Source: Candidatus Methanomethylophilaceae archaeon
Lineage (GTDB): Archaea > Thermoplasmatota > Thermoplasmata > Methanomassiliicoccales > Methanomethylophilaceae
Reading direction: 5' to 3'
Assembly (NCBI GenBank): GCA_050944155.1
Contig: JBMNQN010000002.1
Location: 32,001 to 96,000 of the forward strand
Length of the DNA stretch: 64,000 nucleotides
Shown: one piece after another, positions 34,615-45,015 of the stretch
Numbering within the stretch: position 1 is the first letter of the stretch
How the letters are laid out: the number at the start of each line of letters is the position of its first letter
Notes under the pieces: model-generated
Told to the model about the DNA's origin: nothing
Database searches by the model: none
Seen by the model: only the letters and a program-made list of their open reading frames with translations
Translations under genes and position numbers: made by a program

Positions 34615-37600
34615 TTAAAAGAAATCGGTAAGTTTGCACTTTTTGACTTTATCGTTTTCGAAAACGGATTTCATGCTCATATCCAGTATGTCGATTCTGT
34701 CTCTCACGTATTTGTCCAGGTCGTACTTTTCGCCGATGGTTTTGGAAATCTCCAGATATTTCATGACGCTGGCTCTGTGAACGGTCATCGTGAGGCCGTT
34801 TCCGCAGTTTCTGCATTTGCCGTTCATGGGTATCCTTCTGTATTTCTCGCCGCACTTCGTGCATCTGAAAGTCTGGGCGGAGAAACTTCTGAGGTTTCCT
34901 ATCATGTCCGGCATGAAATGTTTGTTAATCACCAGGGTGGCGACGTTTTTCTCGTCCACCGCCCTTATTTTCTCACCGAGGGAAAGCTGGGCTTCCATCT
35001 TGTCCATCATGGAACCCAATGTTATGTATGCGGAATATTTCGGCCCCTCAGAAATGTTGGGTGTATCGTGTGTGAATCCGAATCCTTCGTACTGGGCGGG
35101 AGTTCCTATGCGCCCGGAAACCAGATCCATCTGCTTGTCTATGCTTTTCGGATCCTTCATTTCCATGGCGGATTCGTACAGTAAAAGCGGATATTCTCTG
35201 AGGCAGTCGATGTTGTGCGCCTCTTTGTCGATTTCGTTCGGATCCAGTCTGGTCGTAAGAACCAGAGGGGCGTCCATAAGTCCTCCGCGCCTGTCGGGAA
35301 GGAAGCTGAACGAAAAGTTCAGAAGAGCGTCCATCGCCAATATTATGCAGTCTTCGTCTCCGTCGCAGTTTCTTCTTTTAGAAGCGTGGAAGAACGGGTG
35401 TCCGAAGCATCCTCTCGCCGGGGAATAGCCAATTATGCGGCACAGAATTCCTCCGGAAGTGTGAGGTGCCAGACCGAAGACGATGTGGCCTATGAGTTCG
35501 TCTCTTTTCGATATGTTGTAATAGCGTTTGAGCCCGTAGATTTTTTCCAGTTCGTCGTCTACGTAGTTGGCGACTTTGACCATGAAATCGCCGCATTCGA
35601 TTGCGGGAATAATGTCCTGGATTTTGAGTTCGCACAGCTGGTCCGGATCGGTCAGAGGATTTCCGTTCCAATCTTTGGTATATCCGAGTTCTATGGCTTT
35701 TTCGACGCTCAGTCCGATCTCGGAAGGTCTGAAATGAGTGAGCGGGATGTCGGTCATGTCGTAGCGTACCGTTCCGTCTTTGTAGGTGGAAACTCCGTTC
35801 TTGGCTCTGAGAATTCCCTTTTCTATGGCTTCTGGCACCTTCTTTCTGGAAGTCAGGCTTTCCACGCATTTCAGCGCCTTTGGACGGCTTTCGCCCAACG
35901 CGGCGCAGGCTTTGCTCAGTTCCTCGTCCAGATTCACCGGGACGGAAGCTCTGTTCTGCCCCGCGAACCTGTCGGTCTGTTCGTATTCGGTATGTCCGCC
36001 GCACTCCGGGCATCTGATGTTCCATCCGATTTTTCCGCATGCGGAGCATCTTCTGCGTCCCAATTCCAGAGAAACCGTTCCGGTGGATTTCAGCGAAGAC
36101 TTTCTTGCGACGTCTATGGCAGAAAGCATTTCCTTGTTGGTTCCGGGTTCTTTTCCCACCGGGAAGAGGCAGTGGACGCTGGGACTCATTTCCCTTTCTT
36201 TCGCTTTTTCGGGACGGCCCATTCTCATTCCTATGCGGGTTCCCCCGCGGCCTTTGACTTCGTATCCCGCCGCGGAGCTCACCGCCTCCAGGACGGTCTT
36301 TCCTCCGAAACTTCCTTTTTCGGTTATCTTTCCGCTTTCGGAGCGAAGACCCAGACAGTCCAAAATCGGTTCGGAGTATCTTTCCGAAACAATCACCGTT
36401 CCGTCACGGAGTTCGTGAAGGGCACCCAGTTCTTCGAGGGTTTTCTTGATTGCCGGATCGAGCGGAACGGATATGCGCCCGTCCGAATACGTTCCGTTTT
36501 CCGTTATGTAATTTCTCAGTTCGTTTATCCTGTCCAATCCGAAATCGGACCAGAACAGGTTGTATCTGGGATGGAGCGGAACTCCTAGGGAAGCGGACAT
36601 CTCTTTCGCTCTGGCATATGTGGGAGAAGCCCAGTCTTCCGGAATCTCTCCGTGTTTTTTGAGTTCCTGTTTGTGCCACTCGAGACAGTATCCCGGGGGC
36701 ACAAGAACGTGATTGTTCTCGCAGAATTCGCCGAAAGGAATCAGAACTTCGCCGTTGTCCACAATCTGAACGATACGTTTTCTGACCTCCTGAACTTCGT
36801 CGACGGTATCGCAGTAAACCAAATCTCCGTTATCAAGCAGAAGAATAGGTCCTTCCACGGAATCGCAGGGCGTAACCACGCAGGCCTTTCCGGGTCTCTC
36901 GATTTTGAGCTGGGTCCCTATTGCCATGAATTCTTCCATGGCGTACATACTGGCGGGATTGAACGCCAGAGAAGCGAGACCCGCGGTTCTGGCTCTTCCG
37001 TACCTCAGCCTGAAACCGCCCTTTTCGACCGGGTCTCCGAATATGGGTCTTCCCGCCACCAGGTCGTTCAGGTAGGTGCCTTTTGCTTTAACTCCGCCCT
37101 CGTCTTCTTCCTCTTCCTCATCGTCGTCCCTGTCTTTGGTTTCCTGAACGGATTCCTTGGATTTGAGGAAATCCGCGATGAATTCCCAGCCTCCGATCTT
37201 CAGGGAGTCTACGTGCTTTTTGAGTTTCAGAGCCTTCTGGCACATTCCTTCGGCTATTACCAGGCAGGCTCCCCCGCGGACCTGATTGGTTTCTATGCGT
37301 GGCAGATCCCGGTAACCGGATATTTCCGCTCTTTCGGTTCCTTCCCCGTCGATCATTATCGGACAGTTTCTCACTATCAGGTCTATTTCCTTTGACGTGG
37401 GCATGTACTGAAGGTGCTGTTCCTGTTTGTAAAGGGGAATTTCCTCGTCGAATCTGGATATTTCCGCTTCGGTGGGGATGTATTTTCCGATTTTGAGCTC
37501 TCTTCTGACCACGTCGGCTATCAGAACGCTCATCGCCTGGGCCGTACCTCCGGCGGCTCTTATGGGGCCGGCGAACAGAAGATCGACGAAATCCGTTCCG

Positions 37601-38010
37601 TCGTCGTTTTTCTTTATTTTCACGTCCGCGATTCCTTCCAGCGGAGCCACCAATATTCCTTCGGTGAGGACGGCCAATCCCACTCTTATCGCTCTTTCGA
37701 GAGCCTTTTCGGTGCTCTCGGCGTTGCGGTGGGCCACTTCTTTGGCGACCATCAGGGAAACCATTTCGCGGTTTCCGTACTCCGCGGTCAGACGTCTTAT
37801 GTCTTCGGCGACTCCTTCCACGTCGTAATCGTGAAGAAGTTTTTCCACACGGGACGCAAGGTCTTCCGCCTGGGGAACTTCGACGAAAGTTTCCGGGTCG
37901 ATTCCCAGTTTTCTGGCTTCGCCCGCTATGGCGTAACAGATGTCCTTCTGTCTCGCAAGGCTGTCGAAATAATCGTAAATTTCCGGACTGGCGGCGGGAC
38001 GTTCAGGCAT
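34615..38010 (-). CDS. polC: DNA polymerase D large subunit (DP2), no intein
   Basis: AGPIRAAGGT, GGFRLRYGR, RMGRPEKA, APHTS, KRRNCDGDED, C-terminal Zn finger. Confidence 0.97.
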   Translation of the reverse strand: MPERPAASPEIYDYFDSLARQKDICYAIAGEARKLGIDPETFVEVPQAEDLASRVEKLLHDYDVEGVAEDIRRLTAEYGNREMVSLMVAKEVAHRNAESTEKALERAIRVGLAVLTEGILVAPLEGIADVKIKKNDDGTDFVDLLFAGPIRAAGGTAQAMSVLIADVVRRELKIGKYIPTEAEISRFDEEIPLYKQEQHLQYMPTSKEIDLIVRNCPIMIDGEGTERAEISGYRDLPRIETNQVRGGACLVIAEGMCQKALKLKKHVDSLKIGGWEFIADFLKSKESVQETKDRDDDEEEEEDEGGVKAKGTYLNDLVAGRPIFGDPVEKGGFRLRYGRARTAGLASLAFNPASMYAMEEFMAIGTQLKIERPGKACVVTPCDSVEGPILLLDNGDLVYCDTVDEVQEVRKRIVQIVDNGEVLIPFGEFCENNHVLVPPGYCLEWHKQELKKHGEIPEDWASPTYARAKEMSASLGVPLHPRYNLFWSDFGLDRINELRNYITENGTYSDGRISVPLDPAIKKTLEELGALHELRDGTVIVSERYSEPILDCLGLRSESGKITEKGSFGGKTVLEAVSSAAGYEVKGRGGTRIGMRMGRPEKAKEREMSPSVHCLFPVGKEPGTNKEMLSAIDVARKSSLKSTGTVSLELGRRRCSACGKIGWNIRCPECGGHTEYEQTDRFAGQNRASVPVNLDEELSKACAALGESRPKALKCVESLTSRKKVPEAIEKGILRAKNGVSTYKDGTVRYDMTDIPLTHFRPSEIGLSVEKAIELGYTKDWNGNPLTDPDQLCELKIQDIIPAIECGDFMVKVANYVDDELEKIYGLKRYYNISKRDELIGHIVFGLAPHTSGGILCRIIGYSPARGCFGHPFFHASKRRNCDGDEDCIILAMDALLNFSFSFLPDRRGGLMDAPLVLTTRLDPNEIDKEAHNIDCLREYPLLLYESAMEMKDPKSIDKQMDLVSGRIGTPAQYEGFGFTHDTPNISEGPKYSAYITLGSMMDKMEAQLSLGEKIRAVDEKNVATLVINKHFMPDMIGNLRSFSAQTFRCTKCGEKYRRIPMNGKCRNCGNGLTMTVHRASVMKYLEISKTIGEKYDLDKYVRDRIDILDMSMKSVFENDKVKKCKLTDFF

Positions 38011-38986
38011 CCTTCTCCACCTGTACGGCTCTGAGTTTTTCCAAAATCATGTTATTAAGTTCTTCCATGTTCTCCCCGGTCTGGGCCGAGAAGAAGAAGT
38101 TCCCGCTTCCGGTGGTCATAATGTCGCTTTTGCTTTCCGCGACGATTATTTCCGCGTCGGGGAAACCTTTCATAACGGTTTCCAGAAGCGCTTTCTGTTT
38201 GTAAATCGAATATCCGCAGGTTTCGGACGGATCGATTACGAATACCATAAGATCTGTAAGATATCTCAGTGCCAGAACAGCCTGTTTTTCTATGTCGTTG
38301 CGGTTTTCGAAATCCCTGTCGAGAAGACCGGGAGTATCTATGATCTGGTATTTTCTGTATCCGTCCTCGATATGTCCTATGATGATTCCTTTCGTGGTGA
38401 AGGGGTACGGAGCGATTTCCGGGGTTGCGGTGCTCAGTTCGGTAACGAGTTTGCTTTTTCCCACGTTGGGGAATCCGGCTATTACCACGGTGGGCACATT
38501 CGGAAGCACGGAAGGCATGGACCTGAATTTGTTTTTGGCATCCTGCAGAAACAGAAGATGCGGCGAAATCATTCTGATGTACGATCCGAGTCTTCCGTAG
38601 AAGCTTTTCAGAGCGGCTTTTATGTACGTCGGATCTTTGCTGTAACGTATGTCGCGGAGAGTCTCGTTTTTCAGCTTCTCCGTGCGTCCGGCCGCCCAGT
38701 TAATCGACCCCAGGGCCTTTTTGTACGGATCGATTCCGATTACCAGGTCCACCAGCTGGGGAAAGAAGTCGTCGGCCTTCTCGACTCTGGGAAAGCGTTC
38801 GACGTAACCGTACAGGGTCGAAGAAACTATGTCTCCCGCGGCCGTAACTTTCGCAATGGCTGTTTTCTTTTTTCCGTCCAGCGAATTCGTGCCGGTTTTG
38901 GAAATCTTCAATGCCCTGCCGAAAGCCTTGTCCGCCAGTTCTTCGGAAGTGAGAACGGTCGGTATTCTGTGCTCCGTGCGGACCAT
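38003..38986 (-). CDS. NOG1 family GTPase
   Basis: GFPNVGKS, YPFTTKG, DTPGLLDR. Confidence 0.93.
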   Translation of the reverse strand: MVRTEHRIPTVLTSEELADKAFGRALKISKTGTNSLDGKKKTAIAKVTAAGDIVSSTLYGYVERFPRVEKADDFFPQLVDLVIGIDPYKKALGSINWAAGRTEKLKNETLRDIRYSKDPTYIKAALKSFYGRLGSYIRMISPHLLFLQDAKNKFRSMPSVLPNVPTVVIAGFPNVGKSKLVTELSTATPEIAPYPFTTKGIIIGHIEDGYRKYQIIDTPGLLDRDFENRNDIEKQAVLALRYLTDLMVFVIDPSETCGYSIYKQKALLETVMKGFPDAEIIVAESKSDIMTTGSGNFFFSAQTGENMEELNNMILEKLRAVQVEKDA

Positions 38987-39027
38987 GTTTCCGTGAAGGG
39001 AATCCGATATAATAAACGGACTGCTTT

Positions 39028-42000
39028 TTACGCCTCGCGTATTTTGGCCTTTATCAGCCAGAGGTCAGACTTCAGATTCGGGTCGGTTTTCATGGACTTG
39101 GGAAGTAGCACGCTCGGGCAGTCCTCTATTCTGATTCCGGTGTTGACTTCCCAGTTTCCCGTGTCTTTTCCCAGAACCGCGCAGAGTCCGGATATGTTGC
39201 AGGATACGTAAGCTCCGGCTCTGACCGTCGGAACAATGTCGGTTCCTCCGAGGAATCCGGGCGTGGCCATTCCGGTGTAAACGGAAACCGCCAAATCCAC
39301 GTCGTCGAACGGTATTTTGCTTCCGTCGATTCCGTACGGATTCTCCATGTTGAACAGCAGCGCCTCGATTTCTCCGACTATGTATTTCAGAGTGTTGCCT
39401 ACGGTTTCCGAATCGATGGAAAGTGCGATTCTTATTCCCGTGGCGGAAGCCCCCGCCGCGTCGCTCACGTCGAAGGAGACGAAAAGGGAAGCCTCCACCA
39501 TGCACCCCGCAATCATGTCGATCGTCGAAGATATGGCGTCCTGAATGGTTCTCTGAAGGAACGCCGAAAGGTCTTCGGTGCCGTCAAGGACCCCGTCCAT
39601 CTCTTCCAGGGCTCTGATGGCCGAGTCCTTGAATATTTTTTTCATGTAACCCTTCATCATGTCTCCGTTCACCAGTCCTCCACAGTTCCCCTCTCCGGGG
39701 GTTCCTTTGGCGAATGTCCAGTCCACCGCTCCGTCGGCCACTCTCTGCCAGGTATAGGAGCTGTTGTTCGTATCGGTGAAGACGGGAGTCTCGTCGACGA
39801 TCTTTCCTTCTTTGTCTCTGAGAACGACTTTCTCTCCGTTCAGAGCGCCGTTCTTTCCGTTCACCAGAACCACATGATCGTCGAGAGGCACGAGCAGTCT
39901 TTCGTGAGGTGCCAGCACAGTCTCTCCCAGGTACATTTTCTTCTTTATTTCGTTGGTCCCGGCGCTTATGGAGTAACCGGAAATATCCGCGGTTTCGAAC
40001 GACGAGTTATAGATTTCCACCCACTCGGCCCCTTTGTCGTCCCCGGGAGGATTGGACTCGACTTCGTTTATCACGACGCCCTCTTCGAAGGGAACGTTGT
40101 ATTTGATTTCCAGTCCAGCATCGAGACTTCCCTTGAGACCCAGAGCGGGAAGGGGTATGTTGGAAATTGCGGTTCCAATACCCTCTATGTCGGAAAGTCT
40201 GACTCCCGTTTCCCTGTACTGAACCACTTCGGGCATAGCGATATCGAAAGACGTTCCCCTGACTTCGCCCTCTATCGTAACCAGATGTTTCATGGATTTC
40301 ATCAGAGGGTCGAATTTCATCTTCAGATTCCACTCCTTTCCTTTGAGCGAAGCGTCCCCCGTAAGGAAGAAATCCTTTCCCGACTGGGTATCCTTTTCTT
40401 TGATGGTCAGGCCGCTTTTCAACTTAAGTCCGCTGATTTCTCCGGAAAGGCTCACGGTTACTATGTTGCGGACATTTTTGGCCATGGAAACAATATCGAA
40501 GGAGAAGGTCAGCGCAAGACCCAGGAAGGAAATTCCCACGGTCTGTTTCTTCATGGTGGCTTTGAATATGTATTCGGTCATATTGACGAATCCCCCTATG
40601 GAACGGTTCATCATCGAGTCGAGATACTTTTCCGCGAATTCTTTCAGCTCCGCCATAGGCCCTATGATTGTGTCGTAAATGCGTTCGATAACTTTCGAAA
40701 CATATTTCGACAGTTCGAGGAGCGCGGAATTTATCAGAACCACAAGTTCCCTCAGCATGCCCACGATTTTTCTCAGAGGTTCGAGCAGGGGTTCCAGAGC
40801 TTTCACCAGAAGGGCCCAGCCGTCGCTGAAAATCGTGTTCGTCGGCGTATAGGAAGAAACTCCGGAAAGACCCCATCCGCTGACCACGGCAATCTTTATG
40901 TCTACGTCGATCGGAACGCTGCTCCGCATGGCTGAATCGTTAAGACCCAGTACGGAAGAAATGTCTCCGGTCCCGCTCGCCGTATAATCCAGACTGTCTT
41001 TGAGGGAAACCCTGAAAACGGTACAGAATGCGGCTCCCTTTTTCTCGTTGAATCCCACGTGGTGGACGCAGTCCTTCAGGTTTTCGTTGGGTCCGTACAC
41101 CCGTATGTCCGGATTCAGCTTATCGGCAATCTTTATCTTTTCCTTGGTTTCCGAGTGTTTGTCCCTGAGAACGAAACTGTCCGATCCCGGCATTTTAATC
41201 ACGCCGCAGTACGGATTCATGTCCATGTTGCGGCACATCTCTCCGCACATGTTCCACATGCGTTCGGGAATGTCGTCCACGACCGAAATCATCGGCATGA
41301 TTTTTTCGCAGATCATGGTCATGAATTTTTTGACCATTCCGCTCTGTCCTCCCGGAACCTTAAGCATCGAGTCATAACGCTGGCACATCTCTTCGGCGGC
41401 GTGTTTGTATTCCTCCAGAAGTTCTTCGTTGCAGTAGGCATCCATGGCCTTTTTACAGAATGCGAGTCTTTCGTTTATGTCGAAAAACGCGGCGTCTTCC
41501 GATGCGGCCCACGACGTGTTTGCTCTTAACCTCATGTTACTTTTGAACTGGGAGATTCCGAACACTTCGTCTTTGTGGTTTTTGATCTTTTCCGCTATGG
41601 CCGAACAGAACGGATCGAAAATCGTTTGGTTGTTTATCGACGTTTTCATGAACTTTTCAATTTCCGATTCGAGTTTTCCCAGGGCTGCGCCGATCCCGGT
41701 TTCTATGCTCTTCGAGAACGTTACGCTGTCCGTGCCGTCCACTTTTATTCTGACTGAAAACGCTGTTTTGTCGGCGGCTACGTTGATTGCCGCGGTATGA
41801 AGGATGCTTCGCATCCATTCGGTTATTTCGTTCGTTCCGAATCTGTATTCGCTCTTGAACTTGCACAATCCCTCCCATGCAAGAACGTCCACGTCGGGAT
41901 AGGGTACAGTTACGTATTCGCCTCCGGTCCTGAGGGTTTTGACCTCTCCGTCGACGGTTTTGGAAACCGAAATCTCCGGAACGTAATATTTTGCTGCTTT

Positions 42001-43077
42001 TCCGTTGTACAGGTAACGGTATTCCGCTTCGGAATATCCGCAGCCTTCCATGATTTCCCTTATGTAGGGCGAGGCCGAAAGGGTTTCTTTCTTGGTAATG
42101 AACGAAACCAAAGAGTCCCAGGCGTTTCTGACCTTGTCCGAAGCCTTGTCTATGAAATCGGCCGCTATGTTTCCGCAGAAATAATCCGCCCATCTCAGTA
42201 CGATTTCGTCCGTCGCGGACATGAGGGCCTGAGCGTATACGGCTCCCAAATCCACTGTGAGGTATCCGTCTTCGGCAATGCCGTCGGCAAGATCCAGTTT
42301 CTCGAAACCGCGGAACGTCCCGTCGGAAGAGTCTCTGAAATTCGTCATTTCCAGTGCGGAGACGCAGTCGCGGTATGATTTGCGGACGTCTTCCTTGGTA
42401 AGAATCTGTGCGGTTCCCATATTTCCGTTGGCAGCCAGAGACCCGTACCCATTGATGACTCTCTGTTGTGCCAGTGCGGTAAGCTGGTAGGTCATCATCT
42501 GCGAGAGTATCGACCCTTCGCCGGTAAGGGAAAGTTCGAAAAGAGATCCCTGTTCCGCGACCAGAGGCAGGGCGCAGCTGCCGTCCGAGTTTATCGTTAT
42601 TGTTTTTTCCGCCGACGCGGAATCGCACTCGAAGGAAGCTTTGAATCTGCCGGAAGCCCCCAGATAAGAAGGAACGTAGCTTCCCTCGGCAACTTTCATG
42701 TTCCTGGAAACCAGATTGACGGAAAATTCCGAAACCGTTATCCTGACGCATCCGCAGTACGACGGAAACTGAAGTTCCATCCATTTTTCGGCGTCGGTTT
42801 CGAATTTTTCCGCCCTCTCTTTCAGCGTGCCTCCGTCGGGGTCGTTCCCGACGGACATAATCAGTTCTCCCAAACCTCTGTTGACGAAAATCTCCGCATC
42901 CCGCATTGCGCGTCCGACCGTTTCCGTTTCCTTTTCGACGTTTCCGGCTCTGTCGTCTGCGTCGCCTATCTGCGAGCTCACCACTCCGTATCCCAGCGCT
43001 ATTACCAGAATCGTGACTGCTATTATAGCGAAAGGCATGCTCCCTTTTCTGTTTCCCGTACCGCGGATTTTTCTCAT
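39028..43077 (-). CDS. Very large secreted/membrane-anchored protein with prepilin-like N-terminus and lamin-tail domain
   Basis: MRKI...NRKG|SMPFAIIAVTILVIALG; VVINEVESNP...EWVEIYN...DISGY lamin-tail signature. Confidence 0.8.
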   Translation of the reverse strand: MRKIRGTGNRKGSMPFAIIAVTILVIALGYGVVSSQIGDADDRAGNVEKETETVGRAMRDAEIFVNRGLGELIMSVGNDPDGGTLKERAEKFETDAEKWMELQFPSYCGCVRITVSEFSVNLVSRNMKVAEGSYVPSYLGASGRFKASFECDSASAEKTITINSDGSCALPLVAEQGSLFELSLTGEGSILSQMMTYQLTALAQQRVINGYGSLAANGNMGTAQILTKEDVRKSYRDCVSALEMTNFRDSSDGTFRGFEKLDLADGIAEDGYLTVDLGAVYAQALMSATDEIVLRWADYFCGNIAADFIDKASDKVRNAWDSLVSFITKKETLSASPYIREIMEGCGYSEAEYRYLYNGKAAKYYVPEISVSKTVDGEVKTLRTGGEYVTVPYPDVDVLAWEGLCKFKSEYRFGTNEITEWMRSILHTAAINVAADKTAFSVRIKVDGTDSVTFSKSIETGIGAALGKLESEIEKFMKTSINNQTIFDPFCSAIAEKIKNHKDEVFGISQFKSNMRLRANTSWAASEDAAFFDINERLAFCKKAMDAYCNEELLEEYKHAAEEMCQRYDSMLKVPGGQSGMVKKFMTMICEKIMPMISVVDDIPERMWNMCGEMCRNMDMNPYCGVIKMPGSDSFVLRDKHSETKEKIKIADKLNPDIRVYGPNENLKDCVHHVGFNEKKGAAFCTVFRVSLKDSLDYTASGTGDISSVLGLNDSAMRSSVPIDVDIKIAVVSGWGLSGVSSYTPTNTIFSDGWALLVKALEPLLEPLRKIVGMLRELVVLINSALLELSKYVSKVIERIYDTIIGPMAELKEFAEKYLDSMMNRSIGGFVNMTEYIFKATMKKQTVGISFLGLALTFSFDIVSMAKNVRNIVTVSLSGEISGLKLKSGLTIKEKDTQSGKDFFLTGDASLKGKEWNLKMKFDPLMKSMKHLVTIEGEVRGTSFDIAMPEVVQYRETGVRLSDIEGIGTAISNIPLPALGLKGSLDAGLEIKYNVPFEEGVVINEVESNPPGDDKGAEWVEIYNSSFETADISGYSISAGTNEIKKKMYLGETVLAPHERLLVPLDDHVVLVNGKNGALNGEKVVLRDKEGKIVDETPVFTDTNNSSYTWQRVADGAVDWTFAKGTPGEGNCGGLVNGDMMKGYMKKIFKDSAIRALEEMDGVLDGTEDLSAFLQRTIQDAISSTIDMIAGCMVEASLFVSFDVSDAAGASATGIRIALSIDSETVGNTLKYIVGEIEALLFNMENPYGIDGSKIPFDDVDLAVSVYTGMATPGFLGGTDIVPTVRAGAYVSCNISGLCAVLGKDTGNWEVNTGIRIEDCPSVLLPKSMKTDPNLKSDLWLIKAKIREA

Positions 43078-43206
43078 TATCGGGTTATCCGCGGGCAGGA
43101 GACTTAAGACGGGCAACAGCAGTTAGTATAACCGGGACCGGAAACCCGTAAAACATACTATAAATAAGAAGCATTATACTTGACCGAATTACATCGAGGC
43201 TCAGAA

Positions 43207-44829
43207 ATGACATCGACTACAGCACCTAGCGCGCTTCAGAAGGGACTTCCCAAAAAAACGGAATCACTGTGTCCGGAATGCGGAAAGCTCGTAGAGGCGA
43301 CGATTTACGAGAAGGACGGGAAGGTATTCATGGACAAGGAATGTCCGGAACACGGCAAGTTTTCCGACATTTATTGGTCGGACGTCGATGCCTATCTCAG
43401 AGCGGAATATTTCGCCTATGACGGAGTGGGGCTCAGAAATCCCCACGACAAATCCCTTGCCGAGGGAGAAAACGTCAACTTCATGATTTCGGGCAAGCGG
43501 GTGGACGTGAAGTCCTGCACGGCGTTGGCTCTCATAGATCTGACCAACAGATGCAACATGAACTGCCCCATCTGTTTTGCCAACGCAAACCAGGCGGGAT
43601 ACGTGTACGAACCTTCCTACGAGGAAGTCGTGGCGATGATGGAAGCCCTCCGTGCCGAGGAGCCGATCAAATGTACCGCGCTGCAGTTCTCCGGAGGCGA
43701 GCCCACGGTGCACCCGAGACTCGTCGACATAATAAAGAAATCCAAGGAGCTCAAGTTCGCCCAGGTTCAGGTGGCGACCAACGGGATATCCTTCGCCAAG
43801 AATTACGAACTCCTGAAACAGTGCAAACTCGCGGGCCTGAACACGATATACCTTTCTTTCGACGGCGTCACTGACGACATATATCTCCAGGCCAGAGACA
43901 GAAAGATGTTCGACATCAAACTCAAAGTTATCGAGAACTGCAGAAGGCTCAAAGAAGAAGTGGGAAGCTCCCCGTCGATCGTTCTCGTACCCACCCTCGT
44001 AAGGGGAGTCAACGACCACCAGGTCGGCGATATCGTGAAATTCGCTTTCGACAATTCCGACGTCGTACGCGGAGTAAACTTCCAGCCGGTCGCGTTTACC
44101 GGAAGGATAACCAGAGAGGAACTCGAGAAGGGAAGGATAACCCTGACCGATCTCGTGAATCTTTTCATAGAGCAGACCGGATACACCGAACCGGAAGACT
44201 GGTATCCCGTTCCCGTCGTCGCTCCCGTTTCGAGATTCGCATCCGAATTCCTGGACCAGCAGAAAGTTACCTTCACGGCGCACCCCCACTGCGGTCTCGC
44301 CACGTATCTTTTCAAATCGGACGACGGCAACGTAATACCCATGCCCCATTTCATAGACGTGAAAAAGTTCTCCGACGGACTGGACGAACTTGCGTCGAAA
44401 ATGTCCGACTCCAAATTCAAGAAATTCTACGCCACGAAGGTCCTGAAACTGCTGAACAAGTGCATAGACGAAAGCAAGATTCCGGACGGAATGTCCAAGA
44501 AAAAGTTCATCAAAATGCTGTACAGCGTCATGGGAAACAAATCCAAGAAGAATCTCGCATCCTTCTCGTGGAGAGCCATGTACATAGGGGCCATGCACTT
44601 CCAGGATTCGTACAACTACGATTTGGCGAGAGTGGAACGCTGCGCCATCCACTATATAACTCCCGACCTGAAGGTCATACCTTTCTGCGCCTACAACGGA
44701 GGGCCCGAATACCGTTCGAAAGTCGAAGAGAAGTTTTCGATGCCCCTTGCGGAGTGGAAAGTCAAGCATAAAGAAGAAGCAAAGGCACTGGAGGAAGCTC
44801 TCGTCGTGCCCGAAGAACAGAAAGAATGA
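43207..44829 (+). CDS. tes: Tetraether lipid synthase (Tes/GDGT-MAS) family radical SAM enzyme
   Basis: SLCPEC...CPEHG rubredoxin-like start, TNRCNMNCPICFANAN, RGVNFQP, HPHCG, MHFQD.YN.D..RV.RC.IHY.TPD...IPFC; lipid gene context. Confidence 0.88.
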   Translation: MTSTTAPSALQKGLPKKTESLCPECGKLVEATIYEKDGKVFMDKECPEHGKFSDIYWSDVDAYLRAEYFAYDGVGLRNPHDKSLAEGENVNFMISGKRVDVKSCTALALIDLTNRCNMNCPICFANANQAGYVYEPSYEEVVAMMEALRAEEPIKCTALQFSGGEPTVHPRLVDIIKKSKELKFAQVQVATNGISFAKNYELLKQCKLAGLNTIYLSFDGVTDDIYLQARDRKMFDIKLKVIENCRRLKEEVGSSPSIVLVPTLVRGVNDHQVGDIVKFAFDNSDVVRGVNFQPVAFTGRITREELEKGRITLTDLVNLFIEQTGYTEPEDWYPVPVVAPVSRFASEFLDQQKVTFTAHPHCGLATYLFKSDDGNVIPMPHFIDVKKFSDGLDELASKMSDSKFKKFYATKVLKLLNKCIDESKIPDGMSKKKFIKMLYSVMGNKSKKNLASFSWRAMYIGAMHFQDSYNYDLARVERCAIHYITPDLKVIPFCAYNGGPEYRSKVEEKFSMPLAEWKVKHKEEAKALEEALVVPEEQKE

Positions 44830-44839
44830 GGTTGAAAAG

Positions 44840-45010
44840 ATGACGATATTGGTTAATGCCGACAAATGCCTGCACTGCGGAGGATGTGCCGGGTCGTGTC
44901 CGAAAAATGCGATATTCATGAACGATTTCGTTCTCGAATTCAGCAGCGAATGCAATTCCTGTGGCAGATGCGTTAAAATATGCCCCGTTGCGGCGCTGAG
45001 GATGGAGTGA
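44840..45010 (+). CDS. 2[4Fe-4S] ferredoxin
   Basis: CLHCGGCAGSCP and CNSCGRCVKICP. Confidence 0.92.
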   Translation: MTILVNADKCLHCGGCAGSCPKNAIFMNDFVLEFSSECNSCGRCVKICPVAALRME

Positions 45011-45015
45011 TTCCC

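Noticed and set aside
34615-38010. Possible intein in polC
   Set aside because: Normal length (1131 aa), contiguous KRRNCDGDED motif, and no intein or LAGLIDADG signatures.
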